Below, piece after piece: positions 30,501-40,892 of a stretch of DNA of 64,000 nt (within the stretch, counting starts at the first letter, position 1; every line of letters begins with the position of its first letter). Source of the stretch: Stramenopiles sp. TOSAG23-2 (lineage: Eukaryota); the NCBI GenBank assembly GCA_900128395.1, contig LT649244.1:1-64000 (forward strand), written 5' to 3'. Under the pieces are notes generated by a model. That model saw only the letters and a program-made list of their open reading frames with translations, was not told the DNA's origin and did not search any database. The translations under genes and the position numbers were made by a program.

Positions 30501-32004
30501 CATCAAAAAATGAGGTCAAACTTTCCATAATTCGTTCTATCACATCTTGCGGACCTAATTCTGGCGAATATACTTTTAACAATTCGAGATACAAGGATGA
30601 CTTTAAGTACAAGCTTTCATCATGATCTACATCGGCTTTTAATTTCATGGATAGAACATCTGCATATTTTTTACTATATAATAATAAAGCATCTCTAGCT
30701 CCAGAGTCATCCTCATCACTGTACAATGCTCCAATTAGATGAGCGTGACCAGACAATACTTTTTGAAAAATGTTTCTTGACAATGACAATAACGTCACAC
30801 TTTCATTTGCATAAACAGATGCAGTGCGGCGTTCTGCCGTTAATAGTGCACGTTCCCCGAAGCATTGACTGGTACCTAATCTACCAACTTCTTCCTCCTC
30901 CATACCAGGCGATTCCTTATTTATTTTAGTAATCTTAACACTTCCTTTAATTATGATATAAAATTTTTCACATTTATCATCTCCCTCGTATATGATTTTT
31001 TCACCAGCTTCGAAAAACTCTTTGACGCACTTATCATTTACTTCTTGTAAGTCTTCTCGACTCAATTGCCTAAGTGCAGATACATTCATTAAATATTTTA
31101 AATAGTTACCATCTTCAATTTGTTCTTCTTCAAAATTTTGCCTGACAATGTCTCTCACTCTAGCCTTTTCTCTAACCATATTTTCATTGGAAGAAGCTTT
31201 ACTTGGTTCGTCATCATCATCGTGAAAGAAGAAATTATTGACGCGAAGAATATCCTTATTTGATGATACGCGTGATAGTGGACCTAACCGTGGTATTATC
31301 GAGCTGCGATCTGCAACAAGTCCATTCTGTGCTCCATTATTTATATCCTCAAAATTTTGCTTACCAACATTTATTTCACTACTTTCGAGTTCATAGTGTG
31401 CCTTGTTAAAATGATCGTGCAACGCCTCTTGCCGTTTACTCCAGAATCTACAATAACTGTTCAAATCGTGTAACTCCGAAGCTATTGAATACATATTTAA
31501 ATATTTTTTTCTATCCTCTTCCTCTATTTGTTCTGACAGCTCACTAGCTAAAGACAGCCCCCCCCATTTGCTGTCTGCACCCCCATAATTATTACTATCA
31601 TTACTATATACCATCTTTCCTTGATTCCGAAAGGTAGACGTTTGAAATGGAATGAGCTCTTCTTTAATATCTGAAAACTCCCCATATTTTTGTAAATAGT
31701 CAACCTGAATAGAATCTGCAATTTCATCATCAGTCAACAATAGGTTTGGTATTTCGCGCCCAATCCATTTCAACTCGTTATTTGTGGGCTTCTTATTTAC
31801 ATCCTTTTTTGCAAATGTTGTAATTTGCTTTTGTTTCATTATTTTTTTACTATACTTGGTATTTCTACTTTCTTTTTCTTCTTTTGTATTTAATTGTCTA
31901 TTACCTTTATGAATATTTGCATTTGCAGTTTGTGGAGAATAAGCAGTCAAAAACGACGCCAAAGATGCACGACGAGCGCGCCTGCTTTTAACGTTGGAGT
32001 TCAT
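27511..32004 (-). CDS. Phosphoinositide 3-kinase (class I-like core) with N-terminal cNMP-binding and GAF domains
   Basis: Kinase MDSKQVPLWL, FKTGDDLRQD, YVLGLGDRHNDN, HIDFGHFLGN; helical and C2 segments; cNMP FGERALL..RTASV; GAF GIAGEVA, TGFQTRSILCAP, INK..F..DE; first ATG at 32004. Confidence 0.9.
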   Translation of the reverse strand: MNSNVKSRRARRASLASFLTAYSPQTANANIHKGNRQLNTKEEKESRNTKYSKKIMKQKQITTFAKKDVNKKPTNNELKWIGREIPNLLLTDDEIADSIQVDYLQKYGEFSDIKEELIPFQTSTFRNQGKMVYSNDSNNYGGADSKWGGLSLASELSEQIEEEDRKKYLNMYSIASELHDLNSYCRFWSKRQEALHDHFNKAHYELESSEINVGKQNFEDINNGAQNGLVADRSSIIPRLGPLSRVSSNKDILRVNNFFFHDDDDEPSKASSNENMVREKARVRDIVRQNFEEEQIEDGNYLKYLMNVSALRQLSREDLQEVNDKCVKEFFEAGEKIIYEGDDKCEKFYIIIKGSVKITKINKESPGMEEEEVGRLGTSQCFGERALLTAERRTASVYANESVTLLSLSRNIFQKVLSGHAHLIGALYSDEDDSGARDALLLYSKKYADVLSMKLKADVDHDESLYLKSSLYLELLKVYSPELGPQDVIERIMESLTSFFDAERCGLFLYDKNADPPALVLLVDKTAKGLRLPVKGIAGEVAKTGKIENIPRAYKDHRFNRDVDKKTGFQTRSILCAPVYSNKHGENDICAVIQVINKRLSGTKKWSYFGEKDEILIQGVAKQLASVFENNSQFVRSLNMKTDISSAFIEVPFSVTILSLEEKKGGEYEPSIVSVELWHGLHLLEKQETTLSKEIELDGESGSSMQWQAKTEFSLKINELPKATRVVFKIMPAKYNAKADPVPSSWAGIMLYDYLGELVTGNITLSTWAGKEFKPAQSSSMVVANTASGGDLRVLFERVSPDQRSVVHSYQKERGRSYIDLISSPDSAKKKRDQLEEKNNNDGDNVIDGDDDEDAIDDDENLFAGASSDFNQVATPNQLFLDPEGFLKDSRDGRHTHPAVAVVKADLLEPMVAAEKLLIWESRKSLMSIPAALPKLVLAVDYTKVEQVTELHRLLNMWQCFSATDALTLLGPSFADPAVRSFAVTRLDSWTDDEMRIYMLQLTNSLRHEPYHDSALSRLLVRRALRNPDIIGHVLYWNLRSSLYDNLVRTRNTIVLQIYLMHVEDIHRLEFGRQLYLVQKLKDLSMALKEFKSLDRKRREIKTGLQHLTTEKFFKTYQLPLSPDFICKNINIQKCRVMDSKQVPLWLNFDAIAIPKNLSTQEARGQSNFPTYTLQAMFKTGDDLRQDQLTIQILQVMDQMWKKNKLDLLISAYSVVPTGEEEGFIEIVENSKTVAGIVKTGNTEGLFLKKLRIARDAMFKTTYISDWLSLQNNEHGTNWNFESVQTFDTQTEQLFGKKQKKRKTYGRENSRNRGKMVTSRSNTATKKRPYYKRRFMRSCAGYCVATYVLGLGDRHNDNIMVTRDGRLFHIDFGHFLGNFKSKFGYKRERESFVFTPAFASVMDGENSPMFGQFVETCGEAYNILRENANLLFSLLQLMISAEIPELRSKKDIMYMREKLMLHLSPEDAAKHFEKEIYKNMKSTKQKMNDAAHLIRRS

Positions 32005-32962
32005 ACTTTTTGTTGTCAATCCAACGACTGTTGTACAATTATCTGCAGTTTATTTGATATAATAAATATGATACCGATGTAATATAACAATTAACAAACT
32101 GTAATGTTTATTACAGTATGTTAAATAAATGGATAGATATAAGTTTAAAATAAGTAGTTGTTGTTTTTTTGCACTTTTTTTTTTTTTAATTAATAAAGTT
32201 GTTATTATTTATAATGTGGCTTTTTGTTGTTTTTTCATGGTAGTCTACTGGGTAAGAAAACACTGTATCAATAAATACTATACAGCCTTTTGCCTTTTAC
32301 TTTTACATTGTGGTTACATTAACAAAAGTTGTAGTTGTATTATAATAAATATTAATACCACACCAGCACACTGGCTGGCTGGCACAGCATTACATCAGGC
32401 ATCAGGATCTTGAACTACAGTATTGATTTAGATACGAGGACTGAGCAAAAATCGCAAAGAAATATACGTTATGGTATTTCCATATTAGTGTATAAGTTGA
32501 GCAATTTCTACCTGGTATAACCCGGTAATAGTATTTTTTCAACTTTTTCGGTGCATAATATTTAATAGTACCAGGGAGGGAGTATACTGTACTCTGATGG
32601 GTACTATATAATAATATCTAATATTAGTATACTTGTAATAAAATGCTTATACAACATGTAAATACTATTAATAATATATATAACTAATAGTCGATTTAAA
32701 GTATATATCTATTTCAATATAATATATAAAGAGAATTCTTTCTAATACATATACAAGAAAAACCAAAAAAATTAACCGGTATCTATATATAGTTATAATA
32801 AAATAGTCATAAAATTTGTGTAATAAAAATTAGAATCATCTAACATAGAAAACAAAATTTGTTTATAGTATGAAATACGCCGTCTAGACTAATAAATCAG
32901 AAAATTAATGTAAAACAATAACTTTAAGTCGATTTAATTGTCGTACACCATATAATATAAAC

Positions 32963-35900
32963 ATGGAAAGAAAATATTATGATTACGCTAATAATCATGA
33001 TGGCTTTGACATATACCAAGACTTCGATTATCACGGAGACGAACGCAAGCAAACTAGGACAAGGAGAAGAAAATGGGAAAAAGTACGTAGAAGAGGTAAA
33101 GTTAAGAGCATCTTGAATTATCCACGAAAAAAATATGATATGGTCGAAAAAGCCAAAGTATTATCGAAATCCAGTAAGTCCATACCAGCTACAGGTGGTC
33201 CAAATCTTATACGGCATCGTTTAAAACTTCGGGCCAGAGGACAATTACAAACAACCAAGGCAGAGGCATCATTTAAAAGCGCTAAATCAAGTCTAAAAAA
33301 TAATAGAAAATCTAAATCCATTCGAAAAAAAGCGCGAAAAAATGCGCATAAAATTAATAAATTACTCACCGATGTAAAACAAGCAGCACCTCAACCAGAT
33401 TGGCTTATAAAAGCACAAGAACCGATTCCATCACGCTCTATTATACGGGATATACGTAATATGCGCGAAGTACGCGATGATAGATTTTCAAAATTTTTGT
33501 TACCACCACGCTCTAGATCAGACTTAGGCACTGCAGCATCATCATCCATCCACACAGAGCATGAATTGTATACACAACGAGATTGGCAACCCAGGACACC
33601 AATACAACATTTAGCTCCAGACGTTATGGATCATGTTCGGAAATCCCTCGGCATGAATACAAGAATAGAAGAATCTTTAGTTGATCTTCATCGTACAACA
33701 TACGGCACGTCAGATACCCAATCAAAAATGGCATCACTAGAATGGTTTACATATCGCTACCCTATACTCCTGCAACGAGATAAATTTGCTGAAGACAACG
33801 CAGTTACGACTATTGGCAAAGCATGGAGAGCATTTCTAGCACGGCGAGCTTATAAAGAAATATTATTCATCGTTAGGGAAAAGGAACGAGCAGCAACAAA
33901 AATCCAACGCATGTACCGCACACGATTGCATAATCGATATACAAAGGAGGCAATATCCATAATGAAAGGTATAATTGTAAATTATTGTATTGATGCTGGC
34001 CTTGAAAATAGAGTTAAAGCTTTACGTGAGGAAGAAAAGTTGGAGAGGATACGACTGAAAAAAATAAAGGAGAAAAGATGGGCTGAAAAGGCAGAGGAGA
34101 GAAGAAAAAAAAGAGAAATTTGGCTTGAGAAAGAAAAAATAAGATTAGCAAAAGAAGCACTTGAAAGAAAAAGACAAAATAGCGCAAATAAAATTCAGCA
34201 ACTACGGAAATCATTTAAATTACGAAAAGAAATTTCAAATAGAATAGAAATTAGGAGAAGAAGGTATTTTGCAGCGATTATGGTGCAAAAACATGTAAGA
34301 GCAAAGCAAATTCAAAAAAGGAATCAAGAAATATATTCTCATTTAAAAAAAATCAGGACTGCTCGTATACAAAAGGAGGCTGCGATTAAAATCCAACGCA
34401 CATTTATGTATTTTAGAGGGAAAAAGTGGAAACAAAGAATGCTGTACGGGTTATACATTTGCAAGATAACAGGTGCAGATTATGAAATTCCGTCACCGAA
34501 TAAATTGCATCGCTGGATTTTCATGGATGATCCTGACTACGTGGATCCAGTGCATAGAGATAGATTGTTTACAGAGATGTTTGCACATAGTCCCAATAAA
34601 AGGACAAATCAGGCTTTACGTGCAAAAAGACACTTAATGAGTTCCATTGAGCTTGCTCATGTATATCACATGACTGGAAGGCTTAAATCAGCTCAAAAGG
34701 CTTGGCATGATATAATATTGAATCGCATAGGAAATGCAAAACCAACACAGCGCTCTGTAGCCTACATATCGCAGCTTATACTTGTAATGCATGCTCGAGG
34801 AACGTATGAAGCTGCAGAGCCTTGGATAATGGCTTGCGATGACGTTGTTAAACTTATTGAGCACCAAAAGAAAATGGCAAGACTATTTTTTGTAAGAATA
34901 GTCGCCGGGCCATGCTGGAGAGCGCTTGAATTGATACACCATAGGGCTAAAAAAAAACGTAGAAAGGCTGCTGAATATTTTGCATCCCTTGCAGGCAAGA
35001 AACGGAAGTTAATCTTTATTAGATGGAAATTTTATACAGAGGCATCTGTTTTTAATCGAATTAGGTTGAAATCTTACTCAATTCGTACATGGAAAAACAA
35101 TGTGGAATTTTTAAAACGATTAAAAGCAACGATGAGATCTATTTTAAATGGAAATATGAAGCGTTTGATGTACGCATGGAGGGAAGCTGCCGATGAGGAG
35201 AAACGATTACGTTGGGTACGAAAACTAGCAAAAGTATTTGCCAGTCGAACTTTAAAACGAAACGCGCTTCGAAAATGGATGACATATTTGTACTACAGAA
35301 AAGTACTTGGTCCAGCAATTAATAATATTAATCAAGCACTTTATCGACTAATGAAGGAAGCAATGCGAATATGGAAATGGTTCCCATCGCCATTTCAAGA
35401 AAAGTGGGCAGCTTTGAGAATTCAGGCAACTTGGAGAATGCATTTAGGGAAACGCCGTTTTAGAATGTTTTGGCGACGAAGAGCGTTGCAACAGCTCCTT
35501 GACGAAGAAAAAGCAGTGGAGTTAGCAAAATTAAACGCTGCAGCGTCTAAAATACAAGGATTATTTAGAATTAAAAAGGCATGGGCACGTAGAATGGACA
35601 GAGTGGTATTTCTGATACAAGAAAAGCACTTTCGAGATGAGAGATTGAAAGAATTGCTATTCGATTTTCAAGAAGTCAAAGAAGAATTGTCATACATTGG
35701 GAGCACCCCTGATACTGTTCAAAAGCTACAAAAAAAAGCGAAACAAAGCTCCGTTAATGCCGAACGTGTAAGGAAAGGCTTGCGTATAGTGGTACGAAAG
35801 GAAAAGGATGAGTTGCGATTAGTCATTAAGAAAACTGCACCAAAAATAGTGAAAGCAGAGTGTGTAAAAATTGCAAAAGAGATTAGATCAGAAGGTAGGT

Positions 35901-38092
35901 TATTAGGAAGAGAAAAAAAGAAGGTAGACGGTCAAGTGAGACGCTCTGTCAAAGAATTTAAAAAGAAGTGTACGGACAAAAGAGAAAAGGCATATGCTAG
36001 ATACAAACGTTTTTTAGAATTGCAAAAGCGGAATAAAGATGATATTGAAAGGTATCGAATTTACGAAGAAAAATGTGATGCGGAAGTGGAAAAGTTCCTG
36101 GAGCTAGATGAAATCGAGCAGGTAGAACGAAAGATTAAAGAAGCTAAACAACAAATTATTGATGATTCAGCAAAAAGAATCACGGCATTATTTAGAGGAA
36201 ACATGGTTTATAAAAGAACAAATAGATTACTTCAATTAAATCGGAACAAGAAAGTCCTAGATATATGGGCGGCAGAAACAGTCCAAACCTGGTGGAGATT
36301 TGTATTTGCGAGAGGCATAGCGAGGCAAAAAAGAGAACGGAAAGCATTTGAAGATAAATCTAGTATTCGATTAAAATATTTAAGAAAACTTCGCGGACAA
36401 AAATCAGCTGGTGATTCAAGGGAAAAATTATATTTGTCGCGATTAGATCGTATAAAACTGACAGACGATAATGTGAAGAAAGTAATTGATAAATTTGAAG
36501 AAAAAGTTATAAAAAAGCTGAGATTGAAAGAAGAAACAATAACCAAAATAGAAAAAATTTTGGAAAAGAAACCACGTTTAGAGAAAAGATGGAATAAGTA
36601 CTTTCCATCAGTTTTCAAACCCCCAAATTGGGGAAAGCAAGATTATACTAAACCATCTGTTTGCCTTGATAGATTTTTCAATGATATGCACGAAGTTGTA
36701 TTAGATTTCGTAGCTGCGCAAATACCTTTCAAAGAGGAAGGACCTTACGCATATATAAAAGTTAAAATTGCAGTGAAACAAGTCAATCGCTTGATGAAAG
36801 TCTTCAAGAATTCTGTTAAATTTGATGTCCACTCAATAACTGATGGAATCTTAGAACGCGGGGGAAAGTTATGCTTGAAACCAGTCACATTTGATGGATT
36901 TAGCGGCAGTGGAGGAGTCCCGTTGAAACCACAAATCCATGGAATTTGGAGAGTTCCAGTTTACCACGCAAATTTTGGCTGGTTAAGACAATCAAGGCAA
37001 CGAGAGGCTAGCTTCAATTTCAAAAATGCTACTTTCGGTGCAGATATGCACATGTCAATGCAAGCGATTATGAAGAAACTAGAACTCCAAGCAAAGAAAC
37101 AAAGGGAAGCTGATCAAGCAAAAGTAAGAATGAGGGAAGAGCAAGAGCAAGCCGCGGAAGAAAATAAGAAAAAATCGCGAGAAATTGCAAAAGTCAATTA
37201 TTTGGAACATTTAGAAGATGATGTAAATGTTGATTATGCATATCAATTACTAGGTGGAGAACGTGTCAAAGAAGATGAAATTAAACTGTTGGATGATGGT
37301 GCAGCGGATGCAGCAGCAAGACGAGCTGCCGAACTGCTGGCTAATGAACTAGCATTAGTGCCAGCAATGGAAGGCGAGTTAGATATTGGAACGGATGAAG
37401 AATTATCTAAGAAAGCACGTGGATATAAACCAGGACAAGAAGAACACTATTCAGAATATGTCATGTGTGCCATATGCGAATTACGCCATGAGAAAAAACG
37501 ACCTGCTGCACGTTTATGTCATAAATGCGCTCAACCATATTGTAATGAATGCTGGAGAATGTATCATGGTAAACATGCATATGGACACAACTGGACTAAA
37601 ATTGATATTTACCACAACGCCTTGCGAGATCCGGTACATGAAAAACATATTGAACGGACAGAACAAGATGCATATCTTTTACATTTACAAATTGTTAATC
37701 CACAACGATATGCAGTATTACAATATAAAAAGAAATGGCTATGGTCTGATCAAAATCTCGCTCGTGTTCGACAGATGTTTGTTGACATTGATAAAGGTCG
37801 TACTGGACGTATTGAAATCAATGATGCTGCCAACGTTTGCCGTGTTATACTTGGCAAACGAAGTGATGAACTGCCAGTTGTTAAAGTTTCATTATTGCGC
37901 GCTTGGAAAGTCAATAAAATTCCTGATCTTGGGATCACTTTTAGTGAACTTCAGCGTTTGTTTGTGCCATTTTATGAATATTTGAAGATAAATATGCGTG
38001 AGCGTTTAAAATTGAAAGTTGCAAGTGAAGGTGCGGAGAAGGGAACAGTAGATTTTAATCAGTGGAGAGTTGCGAAAAATAAAAAAGGGTGA
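32963..38092 (+). CDS. Large IQ-motif/coiled-coil protein with B-box zinc finger and EF-hand
   Basis: Many IQxxxR motifs (KIQRMYR, RIQATWR, KIQGLFR); CAIC..CHKC..YCNECW..H..H; DIDKGRTGRIE. Confidence 0.75.
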   Translation: MERKYYDYANNHDGFDIYQDFDYHGDERKQTRTRRRKWEKVRRRGKVKSILNYPRKKYDMVEKAKVLSKSSKSIPATGGPNLIRHRLKLRARGQLQTTKAEASFKSAKSSLKNNRKSKSIRKKARKNAHKINKLLTDVKQAAPQPDWLIKAQEPIPSRSIIRDIRNMREVRDDRFSKFLLPPRSRSDLGTAASSSIHTEHELYTQRDWQPRTPIQHLAPDVMDHVRKSLGMNTRIEESLVDLHRTTYGTSDTQSKMASLEWFTYRYPILLQRDKFAEDNAVTTIGKAWRAFLARRAYKEILFIVREKERAATKIQRMYRTRLHNRYTKEAISIMKGIIVNYCIDAGLENRVKALREEEKLERIRLKKIKEKRWAEKAEERRKKREIWLEKEKIRLAKEALERKRQNSANKIQQLRKSFKLRKEISNRIEIRRRRYFAAIMVQKHVRAKQIQKRNQEIYSHLKKIRTARIQKEAAIKIQRTFMYFRGKKWKQRMLYGLYICKITGADYEIPSPNKLHRWIFMDDPDYVDPVHRDRLFTEMFAHSPNKRTNQALRAKRHLMSSIELAHVYHMTGRLKSAQKAWHDIILNRIGNAKPTQRSVAYISQLILVMHARGTYEAAEPWIMACDDVVKLIEHQKKMARLFFVRIVAGPCWRALELIHHRAKKKRRKAAEYFASLAGKKRKLIFIRWKFYTEASVFNRIRLKSYSIRTWKNNVEFLKRLKATMRSILNGNMKRLMYAWREAADEEKRLRWVRKLAKVFASRTLKRNALRKWMTYLYYRKVLGPAINNINQALYRLMKEAMRIWKWFPSPFQEKWAALRIQATWRMHLGKRRFRMFWRRRALQQLLDEEKAVELAKLNAAASKIQGLFRIKKAWARRMDRVVFLIQEKHFRDERLKELLFDFQEVKEELSYIGSTPDTVQKLQKKAKQSSVNAERVRKGLRIVVRKEKDELRLVIKKTAPKIVKAECVKIAKEIRSEGRLLGREKKKVDGQVRRSVKEFKKKCTDKREKAYARYKRFLELQKRNKDDIERYRIYEEKCDAEVEKFLELDEIEQVERKIKEAKQQIIDDSAKRITALFRGNMVYKRTNRLLQLNRNKKVLDIWAAETVQTWWRFVFARGIARQKRERKAFEDKSSIRLKYLRKLRGQKSAGDSREKLYLSRLDRIKLTDDNVKKVIDKFEEKVIKKLRLKEETITKIEKILEKKPRLEKRWNKYFPSVFKPPNWGKQDYTKPSVCLDRFFNDMHEVVLDFVAAQIPFKEEGPYAYIKVKIAVKQVNRLMKVFKNSVKFDVHSITDGILERGGKLCLKPVTFDGFSGSGGVPLKPQIHGIWRVPVYHANFGWLRQSRQREASFNFKNATFGADMHMSMQAIMKKLELQAKKQREADQAKVRMREEQEQAAEENKKKSREIAKVNYLEHLEDDVNVDYAYQLLGGERVKEDEIKLLDDGAADAAARRAAELLANELALVPAMEGELDIGTDEELSKKARGYKPGQEEHYSEYVMCAICELRHEKKRPAARLCHKCAQPYCNECWRMYHGKHAYGHNWTKIDIYHNALRDPVHEKHIERTEQDAYLLHLQIVNPQRYAVLQYKKKWLWSDQNLARVRQMFVDIDKGRTGRIEINDAANVCRVILGKRSDELPVVKVSLLRAWKVNKIPDLGITFSELQRLFVPFYEYLKINMRERLKLKVASEGAEKGTVDFNQWRVAKNKKG

Positions 38093-38292
38093 TAGATTAT
38101 ATATTGTGTGTACGTCAGTACCGAAGTCGTATAATATATCATTCGTAGAGGAGATTTTAAAAAATATTTTTTTAAAAATCTCTGCGGTGTAAAAAGATGA
38201 AATTTGAAAAAATTTTAACCAAAACATGAAAAATTAAAAAAATGTTGTTTTAGAGCTTTTAAATATTATTTTTTTGTGGTTCTGGGGGTGTT

Positions 38293-39114
38293 TTATCTTT
38301 TTGTCCTTCCCAATGTCTTTATAGTTTTTTTCGTTATCGTACTTTTATCAAATGTCATCATAGCCCAGGTGCCTTTATTCTTCATTGGGTTAGTAGATCT
38401 ATTATTGATATTTCCATCATCATTTTTATTTATCATACTTTCGACACCTCCTGATATTCTCATTTTTCTACTTCTACTCATTGGTCGAATAGGCAATGCT
38501 GAGGGTTGATATTTTATTTTATTTGCATTTTGATGTAACAATTTTTTCAATAATTTCTCTTGTTGTTCCAATAAATCATCAACACCACGTGGCAAATTTT
38601 TAAATATCGAATCTGCATCTGTATCTGGATAATTTAAGCCCCTCAATTTCTTAGCAGTTTCATCCTCAGCCACTTCATCGTGATCATCACCTTCAATTTC
38701 ACTGTCTGTGAATAAGCTTTTGATTTTATTTTTGTGCGAGAGTAATAATTTATTTTCTTGTATTACTTTTTTACCAATTAAATGCTCTTTTTTATATGCA
38801 GCATAAATATGCTTTAACCCTTTTGATTGGAATCGTTTATTTTTACGTTTCATTTTTTTGATATTTCGTGTATTTTGTTTTATTTTAATTCGTAATTCCG
38901 TATTGTATTTTTTCCTGTCCTTTATGTTTCTTCGAAGTTGCAAAACACGTTTCTCCGGTATAAAATTCATATTCTCATTAAGTGGTAAGGCCGGTCGTCT
39001 TTTTTCAAATGCAGGAGCTGGTGAAAGTAATGCTGTACGTTGTAGCATATTTTCTATCATACCCTGTTTTATAGTTTTCTCGTTCAATGTAGACTTTGAA
39101 GTTCTCGGGGACAT
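38293..39114 (-). CDS. Hypothetical basic coiled-coil protein, probably extending to ATG 39263 across a 1-nt frameshift
   Basis: Frame stays open upstream (IASPLNPVPKSTEEIKKELKK); adjacent frame gives MASSSTSKINNSQSTFDDV. Confidence 0.6.
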   Translation of the reverse strand: MSPRTSKSTLNEKTIKQGMIENMLQRTALLSPAPAFEKRRPALPLNENMNFIPEKRVLQLRRNIKDRKKYNTELRIKIKQNTRNIKKMKRKNKRFQSKGLKHIYAAYKKEHLIGKKVIQENKLLLSHKNKIKSLFTDSEIEGDDHDEVAEDETAKKLRGLNYPDTDADSIFKNLPRGVDDLLEQQEKLLKKLLHQNANKIKYQPSALPIRPMSRSRKMRISGGVESMINKNDDGNINNRSTNPMKNKGTWAMMTFDKSTITKKTIKTLGRTKR

Positions 39115-39554
39115 GCGTTTTATTTTTCTTTCTGTAGATATTGCTTTCTTTAATTCTTTCTTTATTTCTTCTGTAGACTTCGGTACTGGATTTAATGGTG
39201 ACGCAATACATCATCAAATGTTGATTGGCTATTATTTATTTTAGAAGTTGATGATGATGCCATATACGTTTCCTGCATTTTGTACGTAAAATTTATTAAA
39301 ATTCTAAATATATATATATATATATATATATTACTAAATGTGAAATGAATCATGTATAAACACAAGTCTAAATATACTTTAGTAATGTACAAACATGTGT
39401 GTCAAAAATGTTATGTATTAAACGACAAAACGGATTGTTTGAAAAAACCTTTTTCCCGTAAATCTAATTAAGGATAACGAAGGGGTAAATTGATGATTAG
39501 TAGTTTTTAAGAATATTTAAGTATACTAAAAATATCATATAATAGGGTGGAAAT

Positions 39555-40385
39555 TTAATAATTATTTTGCGTTCTTTTTCGCATGCTTGTAAATAAAACA
39601 GGCCCATACATTTCTTCATCATTTTCAAGTTCAACAAAATCTTCTAATGTTCTACCACCCCATGGAATTTTTACTGTATCTATGATTTCATAATTATATT
39701 TTACATTTGTAGTAGCTAATTCAAAAAAAGATGGGGCATGTTCATTATGATGTTGATATGTTAGATAAATAATACCACTTTCTTCATTGATTATATCATT
39801 AATCATATCTAATAATGCTACATGTTGATCACCCAACCACAACGTATCAGCAAGAAGAATGCAATCAAAACGTTCATTTTCAGAAAGCTCAAATATTTTT
39901 TCTGCTGGTGTAACACCCCATGTGACCCCTAATGACCGAATGTTACTATATTCTTTAATGTTTTTTTCAATATTTTTGATCATATTATCTACTATTGGTT
40001 TTGAATCATAATCAGTTGCTAATACAAGTTTTGCACTAGCCAATGCAGAAATAATAGCTGGTAAAGCAGCACCTGCACCTAATTCAATCACGTATTTCCC
40101 CTTTACATCGATTTTACCATTGACAATTAAATTGGACAATTGTATAGCAGCTTCCCATACATGATGCGCCATTAAATCTGGCTCACTATTTGCCAATGTT
40201 AGTTCAATATCTTTACTTAATGGGTTATTTAAATAGATTTCCTTCTTTTTATCATCATCTTCATTTCCTGTTTCCTGTTGCTGTTGCTCTGGCCATACAT
40301 ACAAAAATGGATTCTCACAATCACCATGTGCATTTTGTGGATCGTCAAAGAGGCCACCTAAACTATCATATACTAAGTCGCTCAT
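39555..40385 (-). CDS. Class-16 SAM-dependent protein methyltransferase (EFM7/NNT1/METTL21-like)
   Basis: AHHVWEAA, VIELGAGAALP, LATDY, GVTWG, FDCILLADTLW. Confidence 0.85.
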   Translation of the reverse strand: MSDLVYDSLGGLFDDPQNAHGDCENPFLYVWPEQQQQETGNEDDDKKKEIYLNNPLSKDIELTLANSEPDLMAHHVWEAAIQLSNLIVNGKIDVKGKYVIELGAGAALPAIISALASAKLVLATDYDSKPIVDNMIKNIEKNIKEYSNIRSLGVTWGVTPAEKIFELSENERFDCILLADTLWLGDQHVALLDMINDIINEESGIIYLTYQHHNEHAPSFFELATTNVKYNYEIIDTVKIPWGGRTLEDFVELENDEEMYGPVLFTSMRKRTQNNY

Positions 40386-40892
40386 TTTTTCTTTATTATC
40401 TGTGTATTATGTGATAATATATATCTCTGGTTGTTCTTTGTTTGTAAATATATATGAATTTATCTAAAAATTATTTTATATCATGCCTATGATGTGCACA
40501 TGTGGTGGTAAACCGAGGATGATTATTAATATTGAAATAGCATTACAGAGTCTGCAGAATAAATAGGCGTGTGCTTCAGAGATCCTATTATCTCTATACT
40601 CTATAGTCTATAGTAATGGCTTTCCTATATACTATACTACGCGTCTATAAGCTATAGCTATAAGCTCTACGCGTGCATATATATACCATAGACTAGATAG
40701 AAATATATATATATGTCACTGATGAGAGTGAGAAAGAGTGAAGAAAGATTATTAGGTTATGTGCATATATGTTATGTCATTGTATTGAAACAATTACATT
40801 GGATTTTATAAATACTAGTACTACAAGGCAGATATAGGAATTTATATATATATTACTCTGGAGAAAAGAAAGAAAAAAAAATTGAAATAAAT

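Noticed and set aside
37386-37985. 199-aa alternative-frame ORF inside the IQ gene
   Set aside because: TTG start and no recognisable features; the main frame carries the B-box and EF-hand
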